Positions 47,140 to 57,114 of a DNA stretch of 64,000 nucleotides are shown here, piece after piece. Within the stretch, counting starts at the first letter, position 1. Each line of letters starts with the position of its first letter. The stretch spans positions 320,001 to 384,000 of the forward strand of contig CAWFJJ010000001.1 in NCBI GenBank assembly GCA_963816185.1, read 5' to 3'. The notes below the pieces were generated by a model. It was given only the letters and a program-made list of their open reading frames with translations. It made no database searches and was not told where the DNA came from. The stretch comes from Thermoanaerobaculia bacterium (GTDB taxonomy: Bacteria; Acidobacteriota; Thermoanaerobaculia; UBA5066). Made by a program: the position numbers and the translations under genes.

Positions 47140-47719
47140 GGATCTCCCGGACCCGCCGCCCCGTCCCGCTACGCCGCCGCCCTCGGTGACGACGACCCGG
47201 TCTGGGTGATGGCCGAGACCCCGGACCAGCGTCCGGAAGCTGATCCGGGGCCTGACCGAGAGGCAGCTCGGGACGAAGCCCGCTCCGGGAAAGTGGTGCA
47301 TCAAGGAGATCGTCGCGCACCTCGCGGACGGCGAGGTCATCCTCGGAAGCCGCTATCGGTTCATCGGCGCGCTCGACCGCCCGCCTCTGCCCGGCTACGA
47401 TCAGGATGCCTTCGTCGAGCGCCTCGGTCCGATGAATGCGAAGGCTGCCGACCTCGCGGACGACTTCGCCATGGCGCGTGCCGTCAATCTCGGCCTGCTC
47501 GAGCGGCTGCCCGAGGAGGCGTGGGATCGTGTCGGCGTGCACGCCGAACGGGGCGAGGAGTCGATCCGGTCCATCGTGGCGATGTATGCGGGCCACGATC
47601 GCCTCCATCTCGCCCAGATCGAAACGATCCGGACGGGGCTCTTTCCGAGGGCCGGGAAGAAGCGGGCGCCGCGAAGGTCCGCAAAGTCGACTCGGAAGAA
47701 GGCCGCGACGCGGCGCTGA
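47140..47719 (+). CDS. DinB-family protein (5' end frameshifted, start uncertain)
   Basis: GKWCIKEIVAHLADGE, LPGYDQD, HAERGEES, YAGHDRLHLAQI; paralog of 56078..56632. Confidence 0.75.
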
Positions 47720-48838
47720 TCACGCGCGCGTGGCGCGCGCCGCCCAGCGTGCGATCGGCGCCGCCGCGGGAGAGACGAAGCGCGACGCGATGCCGCCGGA
47801 AAAGAACGGGCGAAACAGGCGCGAGAGGAAGAATCGCCTGCCGGCGATCTCGCGGTGCCGGCGAAGATGGGCGCTCCGAAGACCCTCGGCGTCGAGAGTT
47901 CCCGCGAGGAACCCGGCGAGTGGAGCGGCTACGGCCTCGCCGAAAAGAAGCGCGAGGGACATGCCGGTGCCCGTGTAGGGGTCGATGACGCCGGCGGCGT
48001 CGCCCACGCAGAGAACGTCGCCCGCCAGCGCCCCGTGCGCGCCAAGAAGAACGGGTTCGGAGAGCAGAACGGGTCCCGTGAGCGGGGACAACCCTTCAAG
48101 ATCGGCTGCCAGCGCGCGGCTCTTGTGCGCGGCCTCCGAAAGGAAGTCCTCGAGGGAAGAGTGTGCCCTTTTCGCAAAGGCCGCCGTCACGAGGCCTGCG
48201 AGGTTGACACGGCGTCCTTCGACGCGCGAGAGGCCGAGATAGCCCCCTTCTAAGAAATGCAGGACCGCACGGCCAGCGAGGTGTTCGCCATTTCCCGCGA
48301 GGGTCTTTCCGAATCCGAACAAAGACGGTTTTCTTCGAATGAACGTGCGGCCGAGGCGTCCGTCCAGCGGACTGTAGCGTCCCCAGGCCCCCACCGCCGC
48401 GCGGGCGCCCACCTCCCAGTCGAGGCCCTTGATTCGAAAGCCTCCCTCGAGATCTCCCTCCAGGGAAAGGACGGTCGCGCCGTAACGCATCCGCGCGCCC
48501 GCGCGCTCGGCCGCAGCGGCCGCGAGGGAATCCAGACAGCTCCGTGAAATCGACACCACAGGTCTTGGAAGCTGGGCCTCCACGGCGGTGCCGTCGCGCC
48601 GAACGAGTCGGAAATGCGTGATCGTTTCCGCTCCGTTCCTTCCAAGCTCTTCTCCGAATCCCATCCTGGCGAGCACCGGCAGCGCTTCGTGCGAGAGGAA
48701 GCAACCACAGACTTTCTCGCGCGGAAAGCGCGCTTTCTCGAAGACGATCACGCGAGCCCCGGCGCGTGCGAGGGCGCACGCCGCGGCGGAGCCCGCAAGG
48801 CTGCCGCCGATCACCGCGACGTCGAAATCGGCCTTCAG
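47720..48838 (-). CDS. NAD(P)/FAD-dependent oxidoreductase (geranylgeranyl reductase-like)
   Basis: DVAVIGGSLAGSAAA, FPREKVCGCFLS, VGDAAGVIDPYTGTGMSLAL; probable CTG start in a CTGA overlap. Confidence 0.85.
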   Translation of the reverse strand: MKADFDVAVIGGSLAGSAAACALARAGARVIVFEKARFPREKVCGCFLSHEALPVLARMGFGEELGRNGAETITHFRLVRRDGTAVEAQLPRPVVSISRSCLDSLAAAAAERAGARMRYGATVLSLEGDLEGGFRIKGLDWEVGARAAVGAWGRYSPLDGRLGRTFIRRKPSLFGFGKTLAGNGEHLAGRAVLHFLEGGYLGLSRVEGRRVNLAGLVTAAFAKRAHSSLEDFLSEAAHKSRALAADLEGLSPLTGPVLLSEPVLLGAHGALAGDVLCVGDAAGVIDPYTGTGMSLALLFGEAVAAPLAGFLAGTLDAEGLRSAHLRRHREIAGRRFFLSRLFRPFFSGGIASRFVSPAAAPIARWAARATRA

Positions 48839-49527
48839 GGGCGTTTCCAGACGAGCTCCCAGACGAAGCGCGAAGCCATCGTGACGCGCGCGTCCGGCAA
48901 AACGGGCGCGGCGATCGCGGCGATCTCGTCGGGCGTGTAAGCCTGCCTCACGGACGTCTTCCCGTCGGCGACCGAGAGCCGGCTGCGGAAGGCGACCGGT
49001 CCCACCACGGAGATCACGGCGAGCGCGAGGCGGTGCCGCGTGAGGTCGAGGACCACGATGGTCGATGCGGCGACGCGGCGGGCCTCCAGGAAGAGCGCCT
49101 CTATTTCCGGGGGCGAGAAGTGATGCAGGAAGAGGGTCGAGAGGACGACGGCCACGCTCCGGTCGCCGAAGGGAAGCCGGAACGCATCGGCGACGACGGC
49201 GGTTCCACGCGCGGCGAGCCGCACGTGCGACGCCTTCCGGTCGAGGCCGAAGACCCGGACGCGCGCGCCTGCTTCGGCGGCCGCCGCGAGGAGATCGCGG
49301 CCCACGTGCCCCGAGCCGCAGCCGAGGTCGAGGACCTGGAACTCGTCCTCCCGCCCGGCCAGCGCGGCGAACAGAGGCCGGAAGCGGCGCCGGACGAGGG
49401 CCCGGCCGCCGAGTCTGTGATGCACCCACTCGATGTCGGCGAGGCTCGCCTCGGCCTCGCTCGCCGGGACGTCGTCGTCGTCGAGGAGCTCGGATTCGGG
49501 ACGCCGGCGGGGAACCCAGAAGCTCAT
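48835..49527 (-). CDS. SAM-dependent methyltransferase
   Basis: RRRPESELLDD, VHHRLGG, VLDLGCGSG, STLFLHHF, DLTR, DGKTSVRQAYT. Confidence 0.87.
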   Translation of the reverse strand: MSFWVPRRRPESELLDDDDVPASEAEASLADIEWVHHRLGGRALVRRRFRPLFAALAGREDEFQVLDLGCGSGHVGRDLLAAAAEAGARVRVFGLDRKASHVRLAARGTAVVADAFRLPFGDRSVAVVLSTLFLHHFSPPEIEALFLEARRVAASTIVVLDLTRHRLALAVISVVGPVAFRSRLSVADGKTSVRQAYTPDEIAAIAAPVLPDARVTMASRFVWELVWKRP

Positions 49528-49532
49528 CGACC

Positions 49533-50793
49533 TCAGAGGGACCGTCCGTTGCGGACGATGAGCGCGGAGTTCTTCGAGCCGAACGCGATCCCGTTGCAGA
49601 GCGCGAACTCGACCTGGGCGGGGCGCGCCGCGTTCGGGACGTAGTCGAGGTCGCACTCCGGGTCGGCGGTCTCGAGGTTGAGCGTCGGCGGAAGGAAGCC
49701 GCACTGCATCCCGAGCAACGTAGCCGCGAGCCCGGCCGCTCCCGAGGCGCCCTGCGGATGCCCGATCTGGCTCTTCACGCTGCTGCCGGGAATGCGGGCG
49801 GCCGCGTCGCCGAGAGCCTTTCTCGTCGCCCGCGTCTCGATGCGGTCGTTGAGCAGCGTGGAGGTGCCGTGGTACTGCACGTAACCGATGTCGCCCGGCG
49901 GAGAGGCCGGCGTCGGCGAGCGCCTCGCACATCGCCCGCGCAGGCTCGTCGCCGGACTCGTCGAGGCGCACGCGGTGGTACGCGTCGCAGGTCGTGCCGT
50001 AACCGCAGACCTCGGCGAGCACCCTCGCGCCGCGCGCGCGCGCCCGCTCGAGCGGCTCGAGGACGAACATCCAGGCGCCCTCGCCGAGGACGAACCCGTC
50101 CCGCCCCGCGTCGAACGGACGGCTCGCCGTCGACGGGGCGTCCACGCGAGCCGTGGAGAGGATCTGCATGAGAGAGAACCCCGTCATGATGCCGGGCGTG
50201 ATGACGGCGTCGGCGCCGCCCGTGAGGACGAGATCCTCGTCGCCCCATGCGACGAGCCGCGCCGCGTAGGCGAGCGCATCGGCCGAGGACGTGCAACCCG
50301 TCGTGATCACGTGAGAGCGGCCCTTGAGGCCGAAACGCATCGAGATCTCCGAGGAGAGCGTTCCCATGGTGCCGGTCGGGATCGAGTAGACGGAGGCCTT
50401 CTTGAGATCTCCGCGGTACCAGTGGCCGTACATACGTTCGAAGAAATCCACGGCGCCGCCGCCCGTGCCGAAAACGACGGCGATCCGGCGCCGCTCCTCG
50501 AGCGACAGTCTCTCGGGGTCGATCCCCGCGGCCGCCAGCGCCTCGCCGGCAGCCGCGAGCGAGAGCGGGACGACGCGTCCGACGTGCCGGAGCTCTTTCG
50601 CGCTCAGGGCGGATTCGGGGTCGAAGCCCTTCACCTCGGCCGCGATCGGCACGTCGAGCGCGGCCGGGTCGAAGAGCGTGATGCGCGCGACGCCCGACCG
50701 TCCGTCGCGGAGCCCCTCGGTGAACGACCGAACGCCGTTTCCGATCGGCGTGAGGCAACCGAGACCCGTCACCCCGACGCGCCGACCTCTCAA
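49533..50793 (-). CDS. fabF: Beta-ketoacyl-ACP synthase II (FabF-like); single-base frameshift ~49897
   Basis: RVGVTGLG, TGCTSS (catalytic Cys), SRPFDAGRDGFVLGEGA, HGTST, KSQIGH, FGSKNS; extra G in a GGG run; TTGA overlap with moeA. Confidence 0.82.
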
Positions 50794-52001
50794 AATGTGC
50801 TCTCCGGAGAGCCGCGGTGCACGGGGACGAGATCGCCGGCCGCGAAAGACGACTCGGGCGGGAGCTCCAGGAAGACGTTCGCCCGCGCGTACGCGAGGAC
50901 GTCGTGGCTCCCCTTCGTCGCGATGGGCTCGACCACCTCCTCGCCCTCTCGCACGGTGAGCGTCGCCGGATGGAACGCGAGACGCGGCCCCTTGTTCCGC
51001 ACGGGACCGGTGAGGCGAGCCGGCACCGGGAGAGGCAGGGGAGGCAGGATCCCGGCCGCGGACCTCAGCGCGGGCCTCACGAGGAAGTCGAAGGCGACCG
51101 CGGTCGAAACCGGATTGCCGGGCAGGCCGAAGACGAGGGTCGCGCCTTTCGTCGCGAAGAGCACCGGCTTCGCCGGTCGGATCGCGACCTTGTGGAAGCG
51201 GATCGAGGCGCCCGCGGTCTCGAGAGCCGTCGCGACGTAGTCGTAGTCGCCCGCCGAGACGCCGCCGGTCGTCAGGAGGAGATCGTCGCCGCGTTCCAGG
51301 GCGGCGCGGAGCAGCTTGACGAGAGATTCCTCCGTGTCGCGCGCGACGCCGAGGTCCGTGACCAGGGCGCCGTTTCGCAGCAGGGCGGAGACGAGGAGCG
51401 GTCCGTTCGTGTTCCGGATTTGCGCCGGGCCGGGCGTGGTCCCGGCTGTGACGATCTCGTCTCCGGTCACGAGAACCGCGGCCCGGACCGGACGCGCCAC
51501 CCGCAAAGTCGCGCGCCCGGCCGCAGCGGCCAGGACGAGATCCGCAGGCGTGAGGCGGCGGCCCGCGGAAAGAAGGCGCGCACCCTTCTGGAAGACCTCT
51601 CCGTGAACGCGGACGTGCGCGCCAGGGCGTGGTGCGACGTCGAGCCGCACGGTCTTCTCGTCGATCTCGGCCGCCTCCTCGACGGGAACGACCGCGTCGC
51701 TGCCGGGCGGCATCGGGGCGCCCGTCATCACCTTCCACGCCGCGCCGGTGGGAAGCCGGCCTGTCACGCGCCCGGCGCCCGCGGCTCCCGCGCGGGCGAG
51801 GAGGGAGGGCACCTTGCCGACCTCCGCCGCGCGCACGGCCCAGCCGTCCATCGCGGTCATGTCGAAGACCGGAAAGGGAAGGTCCGCCGAGACGTCCTCG
51901 GCGAGGACCCTTCCTGCGGCCTCACCGAGCGGGACCGCGACGGCCGTGAGCGGCGTGGCCGCCCCCACCACGTTCGCGAGGGCTTCCTCGAACGCGATCA
52001 C
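50790..52001 (-). CDS. moeA: Molybdopterin molybdotransferase
   Basis: GRVLAEDV, AMDGWAVR, MTGAPMP, TGDEI, TTGGVSAGDYD, IRPAKP, GLPGNPVS. Confidence 0.95.
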   Translation of the reverse strand: MIAFEEALANVVGAATPLTAVAVPLGEAAGRVLAEDVSADLPFPVFDMTAMDGWAVRAAEVGKVPSLLARAGAAGAGRVTGRLPTGAAWKVMTGAPMPPGSDAVVPVEEAAEIDEKTVRLDVAPRPGAHVRVHGEVFQKGARLLSAGRRLTPADLVLAAAAGRATLRVARPVRAAVLVTGDEIVTAGTTPGPAQIRNTNGPLLVSALLRNGALVTDLGVARDTEESLVKLLRAALERGDDLLLTTGGVSAGDYDYVATALETAGASIRFHKVAIRPAKPVLFATKGATLVFGLPGNPVSTAVAFDFLVRPALRSAAGILPPLPLPVPARLTGPVRNKGPRLAFHPATLTVREGEEVVEPIATKGSHDVLAYARANVFLELPPESSFAAGDLVPVHRGSPESTF

Positions 52002-52053
52002 GGGTCGATCGTAGCAAGGCGCGGAATTCTCGCCGTGAGTAGAATCACGGAAC

Positions 52054-52857
52054 GTGACGGAATCCCCGTATCAATACACGGGCGATCTCGCGGAAGAGCC
52101 GCTCCCGGAGATTCTCCGAACGATTCACCATCACCGCGCCCCAGGGGTCGTCACCGCGACGTCGGGCGACGTGGTCAAGAAGATCTATCTCATGGGCGGG
52201 AACGTGATCTTCGCGACGTCGTCGGATCTTCATGATTCGCTGGGCGCGTACCTGAAGAAGAGCGCGATCATCTCGTCCGGTGAATTGCGCGTGTCCACGA
52301 GCCGGATCGATGCCTCGCAGGGCAAGCGCCATGGCGAGCTTCTCGTCGAGATGGGCGTTCTCACGCCGGACCAGCTTCGCCAGATCGTCACCGAGCAGGT
52401 GAAGGCCATTCTCCATTCGATCTTCTCGTGGGAGAAAGGTACGGTGACCTTCGAGGTGGGGAGATTCCGGACGGACGAGCTCATCCAGCTCGACGTGTCG
52501 ACGCCGCAGGCCATTGCCGACGGCATCCGGCTGTTGCCCGATCCGAGGCGCCTGGTCCTGCGTCTCGGGCCCTCCTGGACGATCTTCGAGCGGGGCGACG
52601 TGGAGCCCGAGGCCTCCGGCGTCTCCTGGAGCGAGGGCGAGCTTAAGCTCCTTTCGCGCGTGGACGGGCGCCGCAGCCTCCGCGACCTCATCACGTCCGG
52701 ACCCGGCGACGTTTCGACGAACGCGAAGCTTCTCTATGCGTTCTGGGTCCTGCACCTCGTGACGCGCCGCGACGTCCTGACGAGCGGAATCAAGAAGATC
52801 CAGTGGAAGACTCGCTCCGGCAACTTTCCCGCGGCCGGCGGCGGCGCCGCGAGCTGA
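52054..52857 (+). CDS. DUF4388 (PATAN-like) domain protein
   Basis: GDLAEEPLPEILRTI..GVVT, IYLMGGNVIFATS, HGELLVEMG, FSWEKGTVTF. Confidence 0.75.
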   Translation: MTESPYQYTGDLAEEPLPEILRTIHHHRAPGVVTATSGDVVKKIYLMGGNVIFATSSDLHDSLGAYLKKSAIISSGELRVSTSRIDASQGKRHGELLVEMGVLTPDQLRQIVTEQVKAILHSIFSWEKGTVTFEVGRFRTDELIQLDVSTPQAIADGIRLLPDPRRLVLRLGPSWTIFERGDVEPEASGVSWSEGELKLLSRVDGRRSLRDLITSGPGDVSTNAKLLYAFWVLHLVTRRDVLTSGIKKIQWKTRSGNFPAAGGGAAS

Positions 52858-52862
52858 CGGAC

Positions 52863-53294
52863 ATGGCCCTTTACGAGTACCAGTGCAGGAGGTGCGGGCG
52901 GAAGACGGAGGTCATCCAGCGTTTCTCCGATCCCGCGCCTGAGAAATGCCCTGTTTGCGGCGGCACCCTGGTGAAGCTCCTCTCGTCTCCGGCGTTCCAG
53001 TTCAAGGGCTCGGGCTTCTATTCGACGGACTACGGAAAACCCGGGAGGAAGGCGGAGGATTCGGCGAGGGAGAAAGAGGGAGATTCCTCGAAAGGGAAAG
53101 AGGCGGAGGCCTCGGAGCCGGAGCCGAAGCGAAGGGCGACCCGGCCGGGGGATCTTCGAAAGAGAAGAAGGACTCGAAGGATTCTTCGAAGGAGAAGAGA
53201 GACTCCGGGCCGGGCACGGCGTCTTCAAAGGAGCGGGTGCGAAGGCCTCTCCGAGTCGTCTTCACCTTCTAAGAAAAACACCAAGAGGAAATAG
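52863..53294 (+). CDS. FmdB-family zinc-ribbon protein with low-complexity tail (tail probably frameshifted)
   Basis: MALYEYQCRRCG...CPVCGG..KLLSSPAFQFKGSGFYSTDY. Confidence 0.88.
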   Translation: MALYEYQCRRCGRKTEVIQRFSDPAPEKCPVCGGTLVKLLSSPAFQFKGSGFYSTDYGKPGRKAEDSAREKEGDSSKGKEAEASEPEPKRRATRPGDLRKRRRTRRILRRRRETPGRARRLQRSGCEGLSESSSPSKKNTKRK

Positions 53295-53352
53295 CGAGCC
53301 GGTCACCGGATTCGATGTGGGTCCTCGGACTGCTAACCCGCTAAACTTACGC

Positions 53353-55143
53353 ATGCGCTTCCGGCTCACAGGTCTTCTGTGCGCGCTTCTCGTGTCGCTT
53401 CCCCTCGAGGCCGCGCCCCCGCGCGGCACGCCGGGCGCGTGGTATCGATATCCGCTTCCGGGAGCGGAGGTGAAGTCGCTCGCCGCGGACCCGGCCCTGC
53501 CGGGCGTCTTCTGGGCGGGCACGGCGCAGGGCGGCATCTACCGTTCCGGTGACGGCGGCGTTTCGTGGACCTCGCCTCCGGGGGGTGCCCCGTTTCCGGG
53601 CTACGCGGTGACCTCGCTCGCAGTCGATCCCGCGCATCCCGGCGCGGTCTGGGCCGGTCTTACGGGCGTCGTCAAGGGCGGCCTCCTCGCCCGCTCGACG
53701 GACCTCGGACGCTCGTTTCAGGTCGTCAGGCGCTGGGAGGACCGGGCGGGTGCGCGCGTGGTCGCCGTGATGTCGCGGTCGGGCCGGACGACGATCGGCG
53801 TCGGCGGCGATTGGGACCTCGAAATCTCGGAAGACGACGGGATGACGTGGCGCGCGTCCACGCCGCCGCTCGACGCCGGCAGCGGCATCTCGTTCCTGGC
53901 ATTCGACCCCGTCCGGCCGGGCGTTCTCTATTGCGGGTCGTTCCGCCACCCCTTCCGCTCTCTGGACGGCGGCCTCACGTGGGCGCGAATCGCGAACGGG
54001 ATGGTCGAGGACACCGAAGTCTTCGGAATCGAGTTCTCGCCCGACGATCCGAACGACCTCTGGGCAGCGACGTGCGGCTGGGTGTACCGCACGACGGACG
54101 GGGGTGCGAGGTGGACGCGCTATCGCGAGGGGCTCACGGACCGGCGCACGCTCGTCGTGCGGGTGGACCCGCGAGACCCGAATCGGATCCTCGCGGGCAC
54201 GACGGGCGGCCTCTTCGAGAGCCGCGACCGGGGCAAGAGCTTCCGGCGCATCTCGGCGGACCTCGTCGTCACCGCGCTCGTCTTCGATCCGCACGATCCT
54301 TCGCGCCTCCTCGTCGGAACCGAAGCGGACGGAATCTTCAGGTCCGAAGACGGCGGCCTGACGCTCACGGAGTCGAACCGCGGCCTTTCGGAAGCGCGCG
54401 TCTCGGCCGTCGCCGTGCTTCCGTCGGGCCGCGTCGTCGTCGCGCGCGCCGCGGACGGGAAGAGCGGCGGCCTGTGGAGCGTCGACGCGACGACGGGCGA
54501 CGTGGAACGCCTCGCGGCGTCTCCTCCCGCGACGGTCCTTTCCCTCACGTGCGCGGGCGTCGCGCTCGTCGCCGGCGCGCCCGACGGGATCTATCGCGCC
54601 GCGCGCGTGGGCGCTCCCTTCACGAAGGTGCTCGGCGCCGGTACGCGCGCGTTCGCGTCGGACGGCGGGGGGCGAGTCCTCGCGGCGACGGACGAGGGCG
54701 TTTTCGAGTCGATGAACGGCGGGAGCACGTGGCGGCGCCTCGGCACCTTGAAATCGCGAGTCGAAGATATCCGCCGCGCCCGCCTTCCCCAGAGCGGTCT
54801 GAAGACATGGTCGGCCGACGCGGAAGGCCTCACGCTCTGGTGGGACGGCGCAGACTGGGTCCGGCGGCCGCTTCCGGGCAGCGGCAGGATTCTCTGGGGC
54901 GGCTTCGGGCGCCCGCGCGCGCCCCTCCATTTCGTCCCCGAGCCCATCGGCGTCGCGCTCTCGACCGAGCACCCGGTCCTTTTTTTCCGGCCCGAAGACG
55001 ATGCCGGCGAGAACCTCGCGGTCACGCTGCCCGAGACCGGTCTCGTCGTCGCGGGCTGGGCCGGAGACCCGCGCGAAAAGAGCGGCCTTTACCTCGCGAC
55101 GATCGGCCGCGGCCTTTTCCGATTCGTCCCGAACGGGCTTTAG
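53353..55143 (+). CDS. Secreted BNR/Asp-box (YCF48-like) beta-propeller protein
   Basis: Repeated SxDGGxTW motifs; signal peptide. Confidence 0.8.
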   Translation: MRFRLTGLLCALLVSLPLEAAPPRGTPGAWYRYPLPGAEVKSLAADPALPGVFWAGTAQGGIYRSGDGGVSWTSPPGGAPFPGYAVTSLAVDPAHPGAVWAGLTGVVKGGLLARSTDLGRSFQVVRRWEDRAGARVVAVMSRSGRTTIGVGGDWDLEISEDDGMTWRASTPPLDAGSGISFLAFDPVRPGVLYCGSFRHPFRSLDGGLTWARIANGMVEDTEVFGIEFSPDDPNDLWAATCGWVYRTTDGGARWTRYREGLTDRRTLVVRVDPRDPNRILAGTTGGLFESRDRGKSFRRISADLVVTALVFDPHDPSRLLVGTEADGIFRSEDGGLTLTESNRGLSEARVSAVAVLPSGRVVVARAADGKSGGLWSVDATTGDVERLAASPPATVLSLTCAGVALVAGAPDGIYRAARVGAPFTKVLGAGTRAFASDGGGRVLAATDEGVFESMNGGSTWRRLGTLKSRVEDIRRARLPQSGLKTWSADAEGLTLWWDGADWVRRPLPGSGRILWGGFGRPRAPLHFVPEPIGVALSTEHPVLFFRPEDDAGENLAVTLPETGLVVAGWAGDPREKSGLYLATIGRGLFRFVPNGL

Positions 55144-55189
55144 TCGACGTACGCAAATCGATCTCGTCCAGGTCGAAGCAAGACTCCGA

Positions 55190-56032
55190 ATGCCGAAGAC
55201 TCGCGCGCTCCTTCTGGCAGCCGCTCTGACGCACGCGGGCGCGGCCAGCGATTCGAGTCCGGTGACCGTCGGGCCGGAGACGGTCGCGGTTCGAAGCGGC
55301 ACGCTCGTTCTTCACGCGCTCCTCTGGCGCCCGCCGGGGCGCGGCCCATTTCCCGCCGTGCTCTTCAATCATGGGAGCGGCAACACCTCCGAGCGGCAAG
55401 CTGCACAGGCCGCGGCGGTCGGCCCGGTCTTTTCGGCCCATGGATACGTCCTCCTCTTCCTCTTTCGCCGCGGGTCCGGGCTTTCCGCGGACCAGGGGAC
55501 GTCGGCCGCCGATCTCCTGGAGAGGGAACTCTCAGCTCACGGGCAGGAAGCGCGAAACGAGCTGCAGCTCCGGTTGCTGGAAGGCGACCAGATGAAGGAC
55601 GCTCTCGCCGGACTGGGGTTTCTGCGCGCGCTCCCCGAGGTTGACGTCCGGCATGTCGCGGTGGCGGGGCAGTCGTTCGGCGCTTCTCTCACGCTCCTCA
55701 TGGCCGAGCGCGACAAAGCGGTTCGCGCTGCCGTCGCCTTCTCGGGCTCGGCCGAAAGCTGGGAGCGCTCGCCGCAATTGCGAACGCGGCTCCTCGCTGC
55801 CGTCGGCCGCACGACGGCACCGATCTTCTTCATTCAGGCGGCGAATGACTACTCGGTCGCTCCGGCGAAGGCTCTGTCCGCGGAGATGGCTCGCCTCGGC
55901 AAGCCACATCGCGTCGCGTTCTACGCGCCGGTCGGGGAGACCGCCGCCGAGGGTCACGATTTCGCTTTCACGAGAGTGAACGCCTGGGAGGCCGACGTCT
56001 TCGCCTTCCTGGAACGGTACGTGCGGCGATAG
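55190..56032 (+). CDS. Dienelactone hydrolase-family alpha/beta hydrolase
   Basis: PAVLFNHGSG, GQSFGA nucleophile elbow, AAND, EGH. Confidence 0.82.
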   Translation: MPKTRALLLAAALTHAGAASDSSPVTVGPETVAVRSGTLVLHALLWRPPGRGPFPAVLFNHGSGNTSERQAAQAAAVGPVFSAHGYVLLFLFRRGSGLSADQGTSAADLLERELSAHGQEARNELQLRLLEGDQMKDALAGLGFLRALPEVDVRHVAVAGQSFGASLTLLMAERDKAVRAAVAFSGSAESWERSPQLRTRLLAAVGRTTAPIFFIQAANDYSVAPAKALSAEMARLGKPHRVAFYAPVGETAAEGHDFAFTRVNAWEADVFAFLERYVRR

Positions 56033-56077
56033 CCTGATATCTTCCGGGGGCGGTGTTCCACCGTTTTCGGAGTCGCC

Positions 56078-56632
56078 ATGTCCGAGCTTTCCTACAGCGC
56101 CTCGAACGCACGAGAGCAGGCAAAAGCGTACGTCGCGCCGATCCTGAAGGCCCTCGGGCCGCGAGACGCGATGGAGGTTCTGGCGGAAACTCCCGGGACT
56201 CTCCGCCAGACCGTCTCCGGGCTCACCGCGACGCAGGACGGCACTCCCGAGCGCGCGGGAAAGTGGTCGGTGCGGCAGGTCGTTCAGCACCTGGCCGACT
56301 CCGAGCTCATCGGCGCGTTCCGTTTCCGCATGATCCTCGCGCACGACGCCCCCGAGCTGCCCGGCTACGACCAGGATCTCTGGGCGGCACGACTGCACTA
56401 CGACGAAAGCGACGTCGCGACGTCTCTCGACGACTTCGCCACGCTCCGGCAGGCGAACCTCCGGCTGTTCCAGCGTGCCTCGCCCGCGGAGCTCAAGCGC
56501 GTGATGCATCACGCCGAACGGGGAGACGAATCCCTCGAGCAGACGATCCCGCTTTATGCAGGACACGACATCGTGCATCTCGCGCAGATCCGCCGCATCC
56601 GCGTCGCCATCGGGGCACCCGCTCCCGCCTGA
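56078..56632 (+). CDS. DinB-family protein
   Basis: GKWSVRQVVQHLADSE, LPGYDQD, AGHDIVHLAQI. Confidence 0.88.
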   Translation: MSELSYSASNAREQAKAYVAPILKALGPRDAMEVLAETPGTLRQTVSGLTATQDGTPERAGKWSVRQVVQHLADSELIGAFRFRMILAHDAPELPGYDQDLWAARLHYDESDVATSLDDFATLRQANLRLFQRASPAELKRVMHHAERGDESLEQTIPLYAGHDIVHLAQIRRIRVAIGAPAPA

Positions 56633-56661
56633 GCGAGCAGGCGGCGAAGACTCGAGAGTTC

Positions 56662-57096
56662 GTGAGCCCTGACGACCACTTCCGAAAGCTCGAGCGGATG
56701 TACGTGACGGCGCCCATCAACGCCTACTTCGCGCCGCGCCTGACAGTCGGGGAAGGGCGCGCGGAAGTCTCGATCCCGGTGCGTCCCGATTTCTTTCACG
56801 CGGCGCACGCCGTCCACGGCTCGGTCTATTTCAAGGCCCTCGACGACGCCGCGTTCTTCGCGGTGAACTCGCTCGTGACGGACGTCTTCGTCCTCACCGT
56901 CACGTACAACGTCTACCTGACGCGGCCGGTGACGGCCGGCGTCTTGACCGCGACTGGCCGCGTCGTGAGCCGGTCCAGGAACCTCTTCATCGCGGAAGCG
57001 GAGCTCGTCGACGATCGGGGCCGGAGCGTCGGGCGCGGGAGCGGCTCGTTCATGCGCAGCGCAATTCCGCTGAACCCCGAGGTCGGCTACGCCTGA
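56662..57096 (+). CDS. PaaI-family hotdog-fold thioesterase
   Basis: HAVHGSVYFKALDDAAFFA, YLTRPV, GRGSGSF. Confidence 0.88.
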   Translation: MSPDDHFRKLERMYVTAPINAYFAPRLTVGEGRAEVSIPVRPDFFHAAHAVHGSVYFKALDDAAFFAVNSLVTDVFVLTVTYNVYLTRPVTAGVLTATGRVVSRSRNLFIAEAELVDDRGRSVGRGSGSFMRSAIPLNPEVGYA

Positions 57097-57114
57097 TCGG
57101 AGCGCGCCTCGGGA

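Noticed and set aside
49880-49910. Programmed frameshift in fabF
   Set aside because: No slippery heptamer; a single extra base in a G run within a region rich in indels.
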